Below are positions 1 to 9,543 of a DNA stretch of 64,000 nucleotides, in pieces; position 1 is the stretch's first letter, and each line of letters starts with the position of its first letter. The notes beneath the pieces are model-generated. The model did no database searches, was not told the DNA's origin, and saw nothing but the letters and a program-made list of their open reading frames with translations. Both the position numbers and the translations under genes were made by a program. Where the stretch lies: positions 28,407-92,406 of the forward strand of contig CAVPOC010000013.1 in NCBI GenBank assembly GCA_963706955.1, in the 5' to 3' direction. Origin of the DNA: an uncultured Verrucomicrobiae bacterium (GTDB lineage: Bacteria > Verrucomicrobiota > Verrucomicrobiia > Chthoniobacterales > Terrimicrobiaceae).

Positions 1-173
1 TTAATAATCTGGCTCATCGCCGCCTGATTGAGGTCCGCCGGAGCTCTCAATGGTCCCGGGGCTTGGACGGGCGCAACTGGCGTGATGGCCGGAGGCATGG
101 TGACGAAAGCCGGCCCAGCCTGCATGGACCCGAGCGCCATGAGAAGACCGATTAACCCTGCCAACCGTTTCAC
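1..173 (-). CDS. 5' part of a secreted protein, running off the left edge of the window
   Basis: GTG at 173 gives MKRLAGLIGLLMALGSMQAGPAFVTMPP..., a signal-peptide-like start. The frame is open to position 1 and lies just downstream of mgtE. Confidence 0.55.
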   Translation of the reverse strand, partial: MKRLAGLIGLLMALGSMQAGPAFVTMPPAITPVAPVQAPGPLRAPADLNQAAMSQII

Positions 174-216
174 ACGTAAAAGTAACCCCAGCGGGGTCCT
201 TTGTAAACCGGAAGTC

Positions 217-1560
217 CTAGAGGGCGTAAGGGAAATAGTTGAGGACGGCGGCGGCGAGGCCGAGGAAGAGAAAAAAGCCAACCACATCGGTGACGGTTGT
301 CAGCATGATCGCGGAGGCAAGTGCAGGGTCGATTCGCAGAGCCTTCAACCCCAGAGGAATGACCACCCCAGCCACGCCAGCGGCGATCATGTTCATAACC
401 ATCGCGGCAAAAGTGATCACGCCGAGGATGACGTTGTTTTTCCATAACCAAGAAACCGCGCCGACGATAATACCAATGGCGAGACCATTCAGAAGTCCAA
501 CAACAATTTCTTTCCCGAGGATGGCGCGGTGGTGCTTCTCGGGCAGTTCTCCGAGTGCGATTGAACGGACCATAATCGTCAGCGTTTGCGTGCCCGCATT
601 TCCGCCTTGTCCAGCGATGATTGGCAGAAACACAGCGAGGACAGCATATTTGGCGATGGTACTCTCAAAAAGGGAGACCACCCATCCCGCGAAAAAAGCG
701 GTGCCAAGATTAAAGAGGAGCCACGGTAGGCGATTGCGCACCGAATGCCTCCAGGGCGTCTCCGCGGACTCTTCGCCGGAAAGCCCGACCATCCGCTGCA
801 TGTCTTCCGTGGCCTCTTCTTCGACAATATCGAAGACATCATCGGCGGTGACGACGCCCCGTAGCCTTTGAAAATCGTCTACCACCGGCATGGCGCTGAA
901 TCCGTAGGCACGGAACAAACGCGCGATCTCCTCCTGGTCGGCGTGCACTGAAACTGACCGCACCTCGGGCACCATGATGTCGCGGATCTTGCGATTGGGG
1001 GAGCTGAAAAGAAGATCACGCACGCGAAGAACGCCACGCAGCCGGTATTCTCCATCCACCACGTAGATATAGAAAATGCCATTGGGTAGAGTTTCCTCCT
1101 CCCGTCGTAGCATTTCGATGGCCTCCGCGATTGTGAGATCTTCCGAGACGGCGATGACCTCCGTCTGCATGATGCCCCCGGCGGTATCTTCGGGATACTG
1201 CAGGAGATCGTTGATCTGCTTCGCCTCCGGCGCCGACAGGCCGCGCATGATTTCCCGTAGCTTCGCTGCCGGGATGTGCCCGAGGACATCCGCAGCGTCA
1301 TCGCTGAACATTTCCGCGACGATGTCGCAGAGGCGCACGATGGGTATCGATTCAAACAGGCGCACCTGAATTTCCTTGGGCAATTCGGAGAGAACTTGTG
1401 CGGCCTTCGCGTTCGGAAGAGCGCGCAGAACGTCTTCGATTTTGGCAAGCGGAATGTCACGCATCCCTTCGGCGATATCTCGGGGATGCCGGTTCCCAAA
1501 ATCATCGCGACGCATGAGATCGTCGGAGGTCTCCTCCGGAACATGCGTCTCATCTCTCAT
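217..1560 (-). CDS. mgtE: Magnesium transporter MgtE
   Basis: MgtE_N region, YPEDTAGGIM followed by a CBS pair, EEATEDM, and TM motifs PIIAGQGGNAGTQ and DPALAS..TTVTDVVG. Start placed at ATG 1560. Confidence 0.95.
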   Translation of the reverse strand: MRDETHVPEETSDDLMRRDDFGNRHPRDIAEGMRDIPLAKIEDVLRALPNAKAAQVLSELPKEIQVRLFESIPIVRLCDIVAEMFSDDAADVLGHIPAAKLREIMRGLSAPEAKQINDLLQYPEDTAGGIMQTEVIAVSEDLTIAEAIEMLRREEETLPNGIFYIYVVDGEYRLRGVLRVRDLLFSSPNRKIRDIMVPEVRSVSVHADQEEIARLFRAYGFSAMPVVDDFQRLRGVVTADDVFDIVEEEATEDMQRMVGLSGEESAETPWRHSVRNRLPWLLFNLGTAFFAGWVVSLFESTIAKYAVLAVFLPIIAGQGGNAGTQTLTIMVRSIALGELPEKHHRAILGKEIVVGLLNGLAIGIIVGAVSWLWKNNVILGVITFAAMVMNMIAAGVAGVVIPLGLKALRIDPALASAIMLTTVTDVVGFFLFLGLAAAVLNYFPYAL

Positions 1561-1723
1561 CCCCGCAAAATAGGAAAGTTTCGCAGAGAGACAATGCAAA
1601 CCCGGTCACTGGCCGACCCGGGCTGCGCCTTGATCAGGGCATTAAACGTGACCTGGGGATGGCTTGAGCGGTGCCCTGCCGGCTGAAATGACTCTGGCGC
1701 GACGAACTGAATTGCCGCGCCGC

Positions 1724-2293
1724 CTACTTCCGCAAAAAGACAGAGGTCAAGCGAACGACATCCTGCATATCCACGTCTCCGTCCCCGTCAGAGTCAAGAA
1801 ATTGGGATAGGATGGGATTTACTTGCCCACCGGTCTGCGTGCCTGGGATAGAGGTGCCACCGGAAGGCTGGGCTCCCGCGGTGGCACCCGCCGCAGAAGA
1901 GGCGGGAGCGGGACGGCCGGACTGAAGGAGTCCGATAATTGCCGGAAGAACAATCGGTAGGAGACGCATGATGGAACTCGCATCAAGTCCGGTCTTTTGC
2001 TCAGCTTGTCCGACCACCTGATCCATCCGCTCGGAGCCTATGACTTGCCGCAATTGGTCAGGCGAATGAGCGCTTTGCTTAAGCTCTTGAAGCAGAGAAT
2101 CAACGCCTTCAGGACCAGCGACAGCCTGTTGCTCCCGCAACATGGGCTTCAAGAATCCGCCGAGAAGGCTGGCGATTTGATTTGTGGAAGATCCGCCGCT
2201 TCCGAACGCCGATGAAAGATTTTCAAGATCGCTCATCTGAGTTTTGCGGGAAGGATCATTCAGGGATGCGAGGACAGTGTCGAAGAGGTTCAT
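1724..2293 (-). CDS. DUF937-like protein with C-terminal EF-hand-like motif
   Basis: QKTGLDASSIMRLLPIVLP segment and C-terminal NPILSQFLDSDGDGDVDMQD. Confidence 0.7.
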   Translation of the reverse strand: MNLFDTVLASLNDPSRKTQMSDLENLSSAFGSGGSSTNQIASLLGGFLKPMLREQQAVAGPEGVDSLLQELKQSAHSPDQLRQVIGSERMDQVVGQAEQKTGLDASSIMRLLPIVLPAIIGLLQSGRPAPASSAAGATAGAQPSGGTSIPGTQTGGQVNPILSQFLDSDGDGDVDMQDVVRLTSVFLRK

Positions 2294-2638
2294 AGTTTCT
2301 AAGGTTTAGGTGAGACTTCGGGAGTATTAGGATTATCCGCTGTGCAAGTAAGAGCGTCGCGGATGGAAATAATGGGGTCTCGTCCTGGTACCATATGTGC
2401 GGATTCCGGTAGAGGAAAAAGAGAGACTTCGTTCGGTGCCGTAGCGAGGGATAGCTTGGGAAGCGAAAGCTTCGACGGAGCGAAGGAGAAGAGTAGATCT
2501 ACTCGGGGGAGGATCCTCACACTCTTCCAATAAGCCCTCGGCTAGGTTCTTGTCAAATACGCGATCTTCCAGCCACCACAAGCGATGGTCTAGTTATGCT
2601 CGCACGAGCGTGCACGTGGTCTATAACAAAGAACTTTT

Positions 2639-3436
2639 ATGAGCATTCTCACGGAAACCTCTATCGATCTTCCAACCTCGCGTGGAGACATGCGCGTGCA
2701 CCTCTTCGTGCCGCAAGCGCCCGGCCGCCATCCTGGGGTCGTCTTCTATTCGGAGATCTTTCAAGTTACCAGTCCGATCCGTCGAATGGCTTCCGCCTTG
2801 AGCGGCCACGGATATGTCGTCGCGGTTCCGGAGGTTTATCATGAATTTGAGCCGCTAGGAGCAGTGCTCGCATATGACCAAGCAGGCTCCACCCGGGGCA
2901 ACGAGCTGAAGTATACAAAGGAGCTCGCTTCCTATGATGAGGATACCGACGTGACGGTGAAGTTTCTTCGTGGCCATGAAAGCTGCACCGGCCGCGTCGG
3001 AAGCTATGGCGTTTGTCTCGGGGGACATCTTGCCGTCAGGGCGGGCTTTCATCCCGAGGTGAGCGCAGTAGCTGCCTTCTATCCGACGGATATTCACTCG
3101 AATTCGCTCGGCGCAGGTAAACATGATGACACCTTGGAGCGGTTTGGAGGAGTCAAGGCTCCCTTTCTTTTCGTGTGGGGTCGGCAGGACCCGCATGTTC
3201 CGCTTGAGGGAAGAGTAAAGATCGCCAATCGGCTAAACGAAACGGGAACGGAATTCGAGTGGCACGAGTTTAACGCCGCTCATGCGTTTCTTCGTGATGA
3301 GGGACCGCGGTATAATCCGGCGCTGGCACACGTCTGCATGAGCCTGCTCCTCCGCTTCTTTTGCGAGCAGTTGATGCCCGACCAAGGCTTGCTTGGCCAA
3401 TCGGCGTCGACTCGAGGATTGCGGCCGGCGTCGTGA
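2639..3436 (+). CDS. Dienelactone hydrolase family protein
   Basis: EIFQVT, nucleophile elbow GVCLGG, WGRQDPHVP and AAHAFLRD. Confidence 0.9.
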   Translation: MSILTETSIDLPTSRGDMRVHLFVPQAPGRHPGVVFYSEIFQVTSPIRRMASALSGHGYVVAVPEVYHEFEPLGAVLAYDQAGSTRGNELKYTKELASYDEDTDVTVKFLRGHESCTGRVGSYGVCLGGHLAVRAGFHPEVSAVAAFYPTDIHSNSLGAGKHDDTLERFGGVKAPFLFVWGRQDPHVPLEGRVKIANRLNETGTEFEWHEFNAAHAFLRDEGPRYNPALAHVCMSLLLRFFCEQLMPDQGLLGQSASTRGLRPAS

Positions 3437-3706
3437 GTCGAGCTGCCAGAATGCGATTTCCTACCCTGGGATTTCCGGGACGAATCGGTGCTGCTTGGGC
3501 GCCAACAGCACGGGTCGATCTGAGCTGGTGACGTCGCCAGGACCGTGCTCTCGTTATCATAGCTGCCGCGGGTCAGCCGCCAAACTACTGATCGACAATG
3601 GGCTCTCTGGTTCGTGAGCTGATTGGAGCCGAGGCCTAGCAGCTTGCTGGCGGCTTTTCTTTCTTGGATTCTGATTGAATATTTTGGGCGATGAATGCTT
3701 CTGTGA

Positions 3707-5251
3707 ATGCCCGCTCCGCAAGCAAAGACGATTAGCTATGCGCTGCTGATCACGGCATTGTCTCCGGTGCTACCGCAGATTCTCGGAAGCGCGTTTAACA
3801 TTTGGTACAACATCATTATTGTTGACCCGTTGCTAACGACGGCCGCGCTCAGGCAACGCTTCCTGAGCACGGTGATCGTCTACAACAGCATCTCTTATCC
3901 GTTGGTAATGTATCTCTGGTTACGTTTGGTCTATTCTCTTCGACCAGCGCTTACGAAAATGCAAAACGGAGAGCCAATCTCCGAAACGATGCTGCAGGAG
4001 GCGCGGCGACGTGTCATTCGTTTGCCATTTCTTGGCGCGATCATCTGCGGCTTGGGCTGGCTGCTCTGCATACCAGTCTTTGTTCTTTCGCTTGCCCAGG
4101 TTAGCAATGGTCTGGATTGGCGGCTGCTTTGGCACTTGCCGGTTTCATTTGGAGTATCTGGTTTCATTTCGATAACGCACGGCTTCTTTCTGGTCGAACT
4201 AGCGAGCAATTGGGGACTGTTTCCGGTACTTTTTCAGCGGACTCGTGCCGATCTGACGCCTGGAGCAAAAACCCTATCGCTGCGAGGCCGGGGACTAATC
4301 TGGGTGATCTCTGCGGGCATCTGTCCGATCGGATCCTTACTCTTATTGAACTTTGCGCCCGCTTCGGCGGAAAATAATCAGCAATGGCTGGCGGTCTTTG
4401 TCGGGAGCATCGGAATAGCCTTCGGACTCTGCACCGCAATGATGGTCAGTCGACTGTTTCTCGAGCCAATCGACTACCTGCGCTCGGCGGCCCAAGCCGT
4501 GGCGCGAGGCCGCCTCGACGTAGAGGTGCCACTGGTGAGGGCGGACGAGTTTGGGCTGCTCATCGGCGAGTTCAACCATATGATCGTGGAGCTTCGTGAA
4601 AAGGAACGGCTTCGGCGGACGTTCGGGCTGCACGTTGGACAAAAGGCCGCCGAGGCAATCCTGGCACGCGATCCCGGTCTTAGCGGGGTCGAGGAAATTA
4701 TCACGGTGATGTTTGTGGACATTCGGTCCTTCACTGCCATGAGCGCTGCCGCAACCCCCCGCCGCGTGGTCGAGATCTTGAACAAGTTTCTTCCGGTGAT
4801 GGTCCAAGTGGTCGAGGAGCGACATGGCGGGATGGTCAACAAGTTCCTCGGCGATGGTTTTCTGGCTCTTTTCGGCGTCGGAGGAAGTTTGAAGGCTCAC
4901 GCCGACGCGGCCGTCGCCGCCGCGATCGAGATGCTTCATGCGCTCCCACGGTTAAATAGCGAATTGGCTCTCCCGGGAGAGGCAGCCCTCGCCATCGGAA
5001 TCGGTATTCATACCGGTCCTGCTATCGTTGGCAGCATCGGATCGCCAAACCGGCTCGAATACACGGCAATCGGAGGTACCGTGAACTTTGCCTCGCGAGT
5101 CGAAGGCTTGACGAAACAGCTTGGGACGCAGTTGCTGGTTACTGAATCCACAAGAAACCGGCTCAATGCAGGAGTCGCGTTTATGGACTACCCGCCGCAA
5201 ACGATCCGCGGAGTCGAAGGAGCGGTGAAGGTCTTTTCGGTAGTTGACTAG
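3707..5251 (+). CDS. Membrane class III adenylate/guanylate cyclase with HAMP domain
   Basis: About six TM helices, HAMP (RADEFGLLIGEFNHM), and cyclase motifs FVDIRSFT, NKFLGDG and YTAIGGTVNFASR. Confidence 0.92.
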   Translation: MPAPQAKTISYALLITALSPVLPQILGSAFNIWYNIIIVDPLLTTAALRQRFLSTVIVYNSISYPLVMYLWLRLVYSLRPALTKMQNGEPISETMLQEARRRVIRLPFLGAIICGLGWLLCIPVFVLSLAQVSNGLDWRLLWHLPVSFGVSGFISITHGFFLVELASNWGLFPVLFQRTRADLTPGAKTLSLRGRGLIWVISAGICPIGSLLLLNFAPASAENNQQWLAVFVGSIGIAFGLCTAMMVSRLFLEPIDYLRSAAQAVARGRLDVEVPLVRADEFGLLIGEFNHMIVELREKERLRRTFGLHVGQKAAEAILARDPGLSGVEEIITVMFVDIRSFTAMSAAATPRRVVEILNKFLPVMVQVVEERHGGMVNKFLGDGFLALFGVGGSLKAHADAAVAAAIEMLHALPRLNSELALPGEAALAIGIGIHTGPAIVGSIGSPNRLEYTAIGGTVNFASRVEGLTKQLGTQLLVTESTRNRLNAGVAFMDYPPQTIRGVEGAVKVFSVVD

Positions 5252-5283
5252 ACGCAATCAGGCCAGATGCAACGACCACTTCC

Positions 5284-5336
5284 TGTAGCGACCGTGTCCT
5301 CACGGTCGAGGTTTCCGGCGGTGGGACGCCGCTACA
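5284..5336. repeat. GTAG-type REP-like palindrome doublet between convergent genes
   Basis: TGTAGCG...CGCTACA inverted ends with internal hairpins CGACCGTG-tcct-CACGGTCG and GGCG-gtggga-CGCC. Confidence 0.55.
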
Positions 5337-5365
5337 ACACGCAGCTTGAGAAGCGTTCCTCGATG

Positions 5366-5809
5366 CTATTTCAACTCCGCTTGGTGGAACTCGGTCCAGT
5401 CGTCGAGATTATTCAGGTTGACCGCATCGCGCGCAGCCTTGGTGTCGTCCGCCAAATTCGCCGCTCCCAGTACCGAGCGTCGTGTTTCATCATCGTGGTT
5501 ATAGCCGGCGATGGCCTTGTTGAGTTTATCGATCGAAGCTTCGTCGAGCGTAGCTCCGGGCTGCTCACGAACCCACTTTTCAAATTGCGGATACGTAGGT
5601 CGTTTCTCGGAAATAAAGGAAACGACGGCGTCGCGCTTCAGATTAAGGCCATCAATGACCATCTGATCGAATCCAGTACCGACAGCCGGGTAGCCGTCCG
5701 CCAGTTTGCCTCGACTGTCGAGGGAGACTTTGAGCCACAGACGCGGTAAATGCAAAACGCCGAGAGGCCCGGCGATTCCAGAGCTAATGAGGGGAACGAA
5801 TTTCGACAT
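5366..5809 (-). CDS. DUF5069-like protein
   Basis: MSKFVPLISSGIAGPLGVLHLPRLWLK...LNNLDDW. Start placed at ATG 5809. Confidence 0.7.
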   Translation of the reverse strand: MSKFVPLISSGIAGPLGVLHLPRLWLKVSLDSRGKLADGYPAVGTGFDQMVIDGLNLKRDAVVSFISEKRPTYPQFEKWVREQPGATLDEASIDKLNKAIAGYNHDDETRRSVLGAANLADDTKAARDAVNLNNLDDWTEFHQAELK

Positions 5810-6212
5810 AACGATATCAATAGAACGCATCATGCGCACGAGGTCAATCCAACGGCGGTAACCACACTTCGGTGCGACGGAACCGTCTTGTGCCAATTAA
5901 TGCTCCCAGCCAGCCTGCTTCAAGAAGCGCCACAGCCGAGGATCGTCGGCTGAGAGCGCCGGAGGCCAGCTTCCGAGTAGTTGGCGCCTCCACCACTGGT
6001 GGTTGGGTTGCTCGGCTCGGCGAGCTTATATCGGTAGAGCGTGGCACGGACAAACTTCGGAGGCCGGTCGGAAACGGGTTGTTTGCAAACAGGCTGAGCG
6101 CCTCGGCAAAATGATTGAAGATGACTCCGGTTTGTCCCCATCTGCCGATATAACCCGTGCGCCTCTGCGTCGCCGATATTGCCTTTGTCGAGCCATCGTC
6201 GACTGCAAATCG

Positions 6213-6521
6213 TTGAATCGCGCTTTCAGCGCTGGCAATCGTCTTCGCATGCGTTCCTCGGGCGATGCCCGAGGCTGATATGAAGCCGCGCCTTTGGCGC
6301 TCGCGTCAGCTTCGCTCAGCGCCAACGACGCCATTCGGTTACTAATCTGAGGCAACGCCCCAGGGGACCTCGGACGTTGCCCGAGGCTGATATGACCCTG
6401 CGCCTTTGGCGCTCCGCGTCAACTCCGTTTAGCGCCAACGGCGCGACTCAGTTTTAGCCTGGGGCAAACGCCCCAGGAAACGAAGACAAACATCTCGGCG
6501 AGCGCTGAAAGCGCGATTCAA
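6213..6521. repeat. Composite REP/REPIN-like element: 21-bp terminal inverted repeat enclosing two ~110-bp palindromic units
   Basis: TTGAATCGCGCTTTCAGCGCT (6213-6233) is the exact reverse complement of 6501-6521. Similar internal units lie at 6256-6364 and 6368-6477. Confidence 0.85.
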
Positions 6522-6618
6522 ACAAAGCTTTCAAGCGGGCGCATTTCAGTTCGCCCATCCGCTCCCGTCATAACAACCGGCTAGTTGCCGGACTGCGGCT
6601 GTGGAAGTGCGGCAACCC

Positions 6619-6993
6619 TCAGCGTGTCGTGGCTTTCCGCGGCAAGGGTCGCTTGCGGGCAATGACCTTCCCTTTGGGGGCAAAGGATCGACCGCGTTCT
6701 CGAAGAGCTTTCAAGTCCTCTGAAAAAGCCCGGAGAGCTTTTGGCACTCCCTTATACTCTTTGCCCGCCTTCTTGACACGCCCCTGCCGCACAAGATCCT
6801 GAAGCTTCTCGTAGGCCCGCAGGCGAAGCATCTCCTCGCCACCGCTGACTGCATTCCGCGCGCGAAGTCCCGCATGGACAACGCCAAAGAGCGCCTTGAA
6901 CTCATACGGACGCGCGTCCAGCAGCACGTCAACTAATTCCTCGGTGACCGTATCAGGACCACGGCGTGCAAACGAGCTAAACTTTAATCCCAT
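6619..6993 (-). CDS. Hypothetical basic protein, possibly winged-helix
   Basis: Clean ORF containing SGGEEMLRLRAYEKLQDLVRQGRVKK and a K/R-rich tail. Start placed at ATG 6993. Confidence 0.65.
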   Translation of the reverse strand: MGLKFSSFARRGPDTVTEELVDVLLDARPYEFKALFGVVHAGLRARNAVSGGEEMLRLRAYEKLQDLVRQGRVKKAGKEYKGVPKALRAFSEDLKALRERGRSFAPKGKVIARKRPLPRKATTR

Positions 6994-7213
6994 AACAACT
7001 AATACCACAAAGCCGACGAGGGCGAAAGCCCTCTTGCAGTCAACTTGCGATAGGGTGCAATCCCCATTGAACCAACTTGAAATTTCCCCAAACTATGCGA
7101 TAGTAAAAATAGCAAGGTTAACTCCACTGGTTTCGCTGAATAAGTGAAACTGGTTCTCGAAAAGGAGAAGAAACAGTGTGAGCCAACCTTGCTGCTTTTG
7201 TACGCAGCACTCC

Positions 7214-9049
7214 TTATGGCTGACCGAGCAGTGTCTTTGGAAGGTCCAGCTCGACGCGCCAAATTCTTCTGGGATCGTTGAATCCCCGCAAGCGCACATC
7301 GGACGGCTCCGGAGCGGTGGTATACTGGCTCACAAACTCGCGCATTTCCGGACGGTGATAGAGTTCGTCGGAGACGACCAGATCACCTCCTTTGCAGCAC
7401 GAGATCATTCGGGCTGCCAGGTTGATAGTCGTGCCGAAGAAATCCAATCTATCGTTTGCGTTTACAGCCAGACACGGTCCTGCATGGAGACTGGCCTTCA
7501 GCGTCAGAGGAACCGTGCGCATACCTTCGGCAAGCTTCCGGTTCATGTCGCGGACTGCTTCCAAGGCTTCGTCCACGCGGCTAAAGCAAGCCATGACGGC
7601 ATCCCCAATTGTCTTGACCACGGTCCCATGGTGACTGCGAACGACGTCGGTCAGGATTGCAAAATGATCCCGCACCAGGGCATAAGCGGGCGCGTCTCCG
7701 ATGCTTCGATACATCGCGGTTGAGCCACGCAGATCGGTGAACAAGACGACCTGCGAACCGACGGTGATGTCCTCAGCAGGCGAGATGACCTCGTGGGCAA
7801 AAAGGTCGCGAAATTCTTGCCAATTCGTCACCCGCGCCGCCGTGAGGATGTCCTCACTCCAACCGACCTGATCGAGACTTAGCGCAACGGGAAACGGATT
7901 AGGGTTGTGCACGCGCACGGAATTGTCCGATGTAGACTGCGGTCCGTATTCAATCTCGAAACCCGAGGCGTTTGTCCGAATAAGTGCCGGGCGGAGCTCG
8001 CGAAACTCCTCCGGATCGAGCGTTCTCGATCCTTTTACCTGGGGCGAACGCAAGCGGAGCGGTCGAGTGAGTGTCGGAAGTTTCCATGGACGTTCTTCGC
8101 CTGGCTGTAGCCATACCTGGCTGATCACGTGAGGCTTCCCGCCGGGTCCCGCGAGACAATAGGTCTGTTCCTGGCGCGGCCGGATGGCTTGATTGACTGC
8201 GAACTTTAGCTCGACCGATTTATCAAACTCAGCATCGAATTCAATTTGGCAGACATCGCAATGCGAAGTTCGCGAGATTCCACTCAACGAATGAACCAGC
8301 TGATTTCGGGACGAACGACAGTTTGGACAAAGAATCTCCCAACGAAAATCGAGAAGACCGCACTCGGTGGCGTGCAAGAACAAGGCGAGAACATCCCAGC
8401 GATCAGAATCCCATTTCTTGGCGATCGCAAACGGGCGAATGTGGGTCAGTTCGACATCGGCCGACTCCCTGATGAGTCGTTCGAGCAGATCGATCCGATC
8501 GCTCGCGAGATCAATATGCCGCAGCTTATCCAGGCCAGATCGGAGGGCGACTTCATTGACGGGATGAGTAGTCAACCGCGGCAGAGCTACGTGCTTCTGG
8601 CCGCGCAGAAATTCCTCCACGTGGCGCATGATCCTGTGGACATCATGTCTCGTCTTGGGAAAGAGGATTTTTTCCGCGACCAGTTTGCCGAGCGCATTAC
8701 GGGGAAGAACCTCGGAACTGATAATAACTCGAGTCCCACTTGTCTGTGGCTGGAGTTCCAACGCCACGATGGCTTCGCGAAACGGTCCGCGCTGGAGGAT
8801 GCGCCTGACGCGGTAGAATTCAGGCTCCAGCCACTCGAAGGGCAGTTCCTGCCAGACGATCTCGAGTCCCGCGATGCGTGCTCGAGCGATCGTCGAGCTC
8901 CCGCCCTCGGCTCTTGCCTGGAATTCATACTGAACCGCCGGCAGGCCAAGCGCACGATTGAACCAGTCAGTGTTGCTGAGCACGGGCCAGACAAGTTCAC
9001 GGGGAAAAGGCAGATCGTGCTCGCTTCGGAAGTGAATTATCTGCTCCAC
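7214..9049 (-). CDS. Soluble class III adenylate cyclase with SRPBCC-like N-terminus and DUF5939-like CxxC region
   Basis: VWPVLSNTDWFNRALGLP, CPNC...HCDVC, and cyclase motifs FTDLRGST, KTIGDAVM and DFFGTTINLAAR. Start is GTG 9049 (or TTG 9094). Confidence 0.9.
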   Translation of the reverse strand: MEQIIHFRSEHDLPFPRELVWPVLSNTDWFNRALGLPAVQYEFQARAEGGSSTIARARIAGLEIVWQELPFEWLEPEFYRVRRILQRGPFREAIVALELQPQTSGTRVIISSEVLPRNALGKLVAEKILFPKTRHDVHRIMRHVEEFLRGQKHVALPRLTTHPVNEVALRSGLDKLRHIDLASDRIDLLERLIRESADVELTHIRPFAIAKKWDSDRWDVLALFLHATECGLLDFRWEILCPNCRSSRNQLVHSLSGISRTSHCDVCQIEFDAEFDKSVELKFAVNQAIRPRQEQTYCLAGPGGKPHVISQVWLQPGEERPWKLPTLTRPLRLRSPQVKGSRTLDPEEFRELRPALIRTNASGFEIEYGPQSTSDNSVRVHNPNPFPVALSLDQVGWSEDILTAARVTNWQEFRDLFAHEVISPAEDITVGSQVVLFTDLRGSTAMYRSIGDAPAYALVRDHFAILTDVVRSHHGTVVKTIGDAVMACFSRVDEALEAVRDMNRKLAEGMRTVPLTLKASLHAGPCLAVNANDRLDFFGTTINLAARMISCCKGGDLVVSDELYHRPEMREFVSQYTTAPEPSDVRLRGFNDPRRIWRVELDLPKTLLGQP

Positions 9050-9543
9050 AAGCCTTTGGGACTTACAGGTTCCATGTCCGCTTTGCGTCCGCAACCGGCG
9101 TGAAATTGAAGAGCATGGTTATCTCGCGCATACCAAGCATAAAACGGAGGGCGTGATTATCTTCCCAGATAAGGCGATAGGTTGCATGCGTTCGATGAAG
9201 GATGTTATCGTCCATCTTGCCGGCGTGCAAACCGAAGGAAGCTACTTTGGACCGAGATTACTCCGCGAGGGAGCGGCGCCTCCGGCACGAGCGTGCTGCA
9301 GGTCTTAGCGCACCGGTAAATTGGTCCTGGCTGGACAACTGGCATGCTCTGCTAAGCTAAGCGATCGATCTATTCAAAAAGACTTCCAACCAATCACGGG
9401 GGAGAGGCCAGTCAGTATGGCGCCTGTCGGCTCTTTCTCTACTGGTTTTTGGGATTGTTTTCTGCATCGTAATTTTCCCTGCTGGGTTCGAGAGACGGTC
9501 GCACGCCCTACCACCGGCGACGGTTTCTCAGAGCGCCGAATCG

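Noticed and set aside
1561..1723. M-box riboswitch upstream of mgtE
   Set aside because: The gap is short and I cannot recognise the consensus. An Rfam scan would be needed.
2300..2630. Structured ncRNA between the DUF937-like gene and the hydrolase
   Set aside because: Only small hairpins (such as GAAGC-gaaa-GCTTC) are present, with no recognisable family.
8246..9103. Long antisense or alternate-frame ORFs (for example 8246-9103, 239-871, 30121-30900, 9962-10624)
   Set aside because: They overlap well-supported genes and have no motifs, as expected for shadow ORFs in GC-rich DNA.
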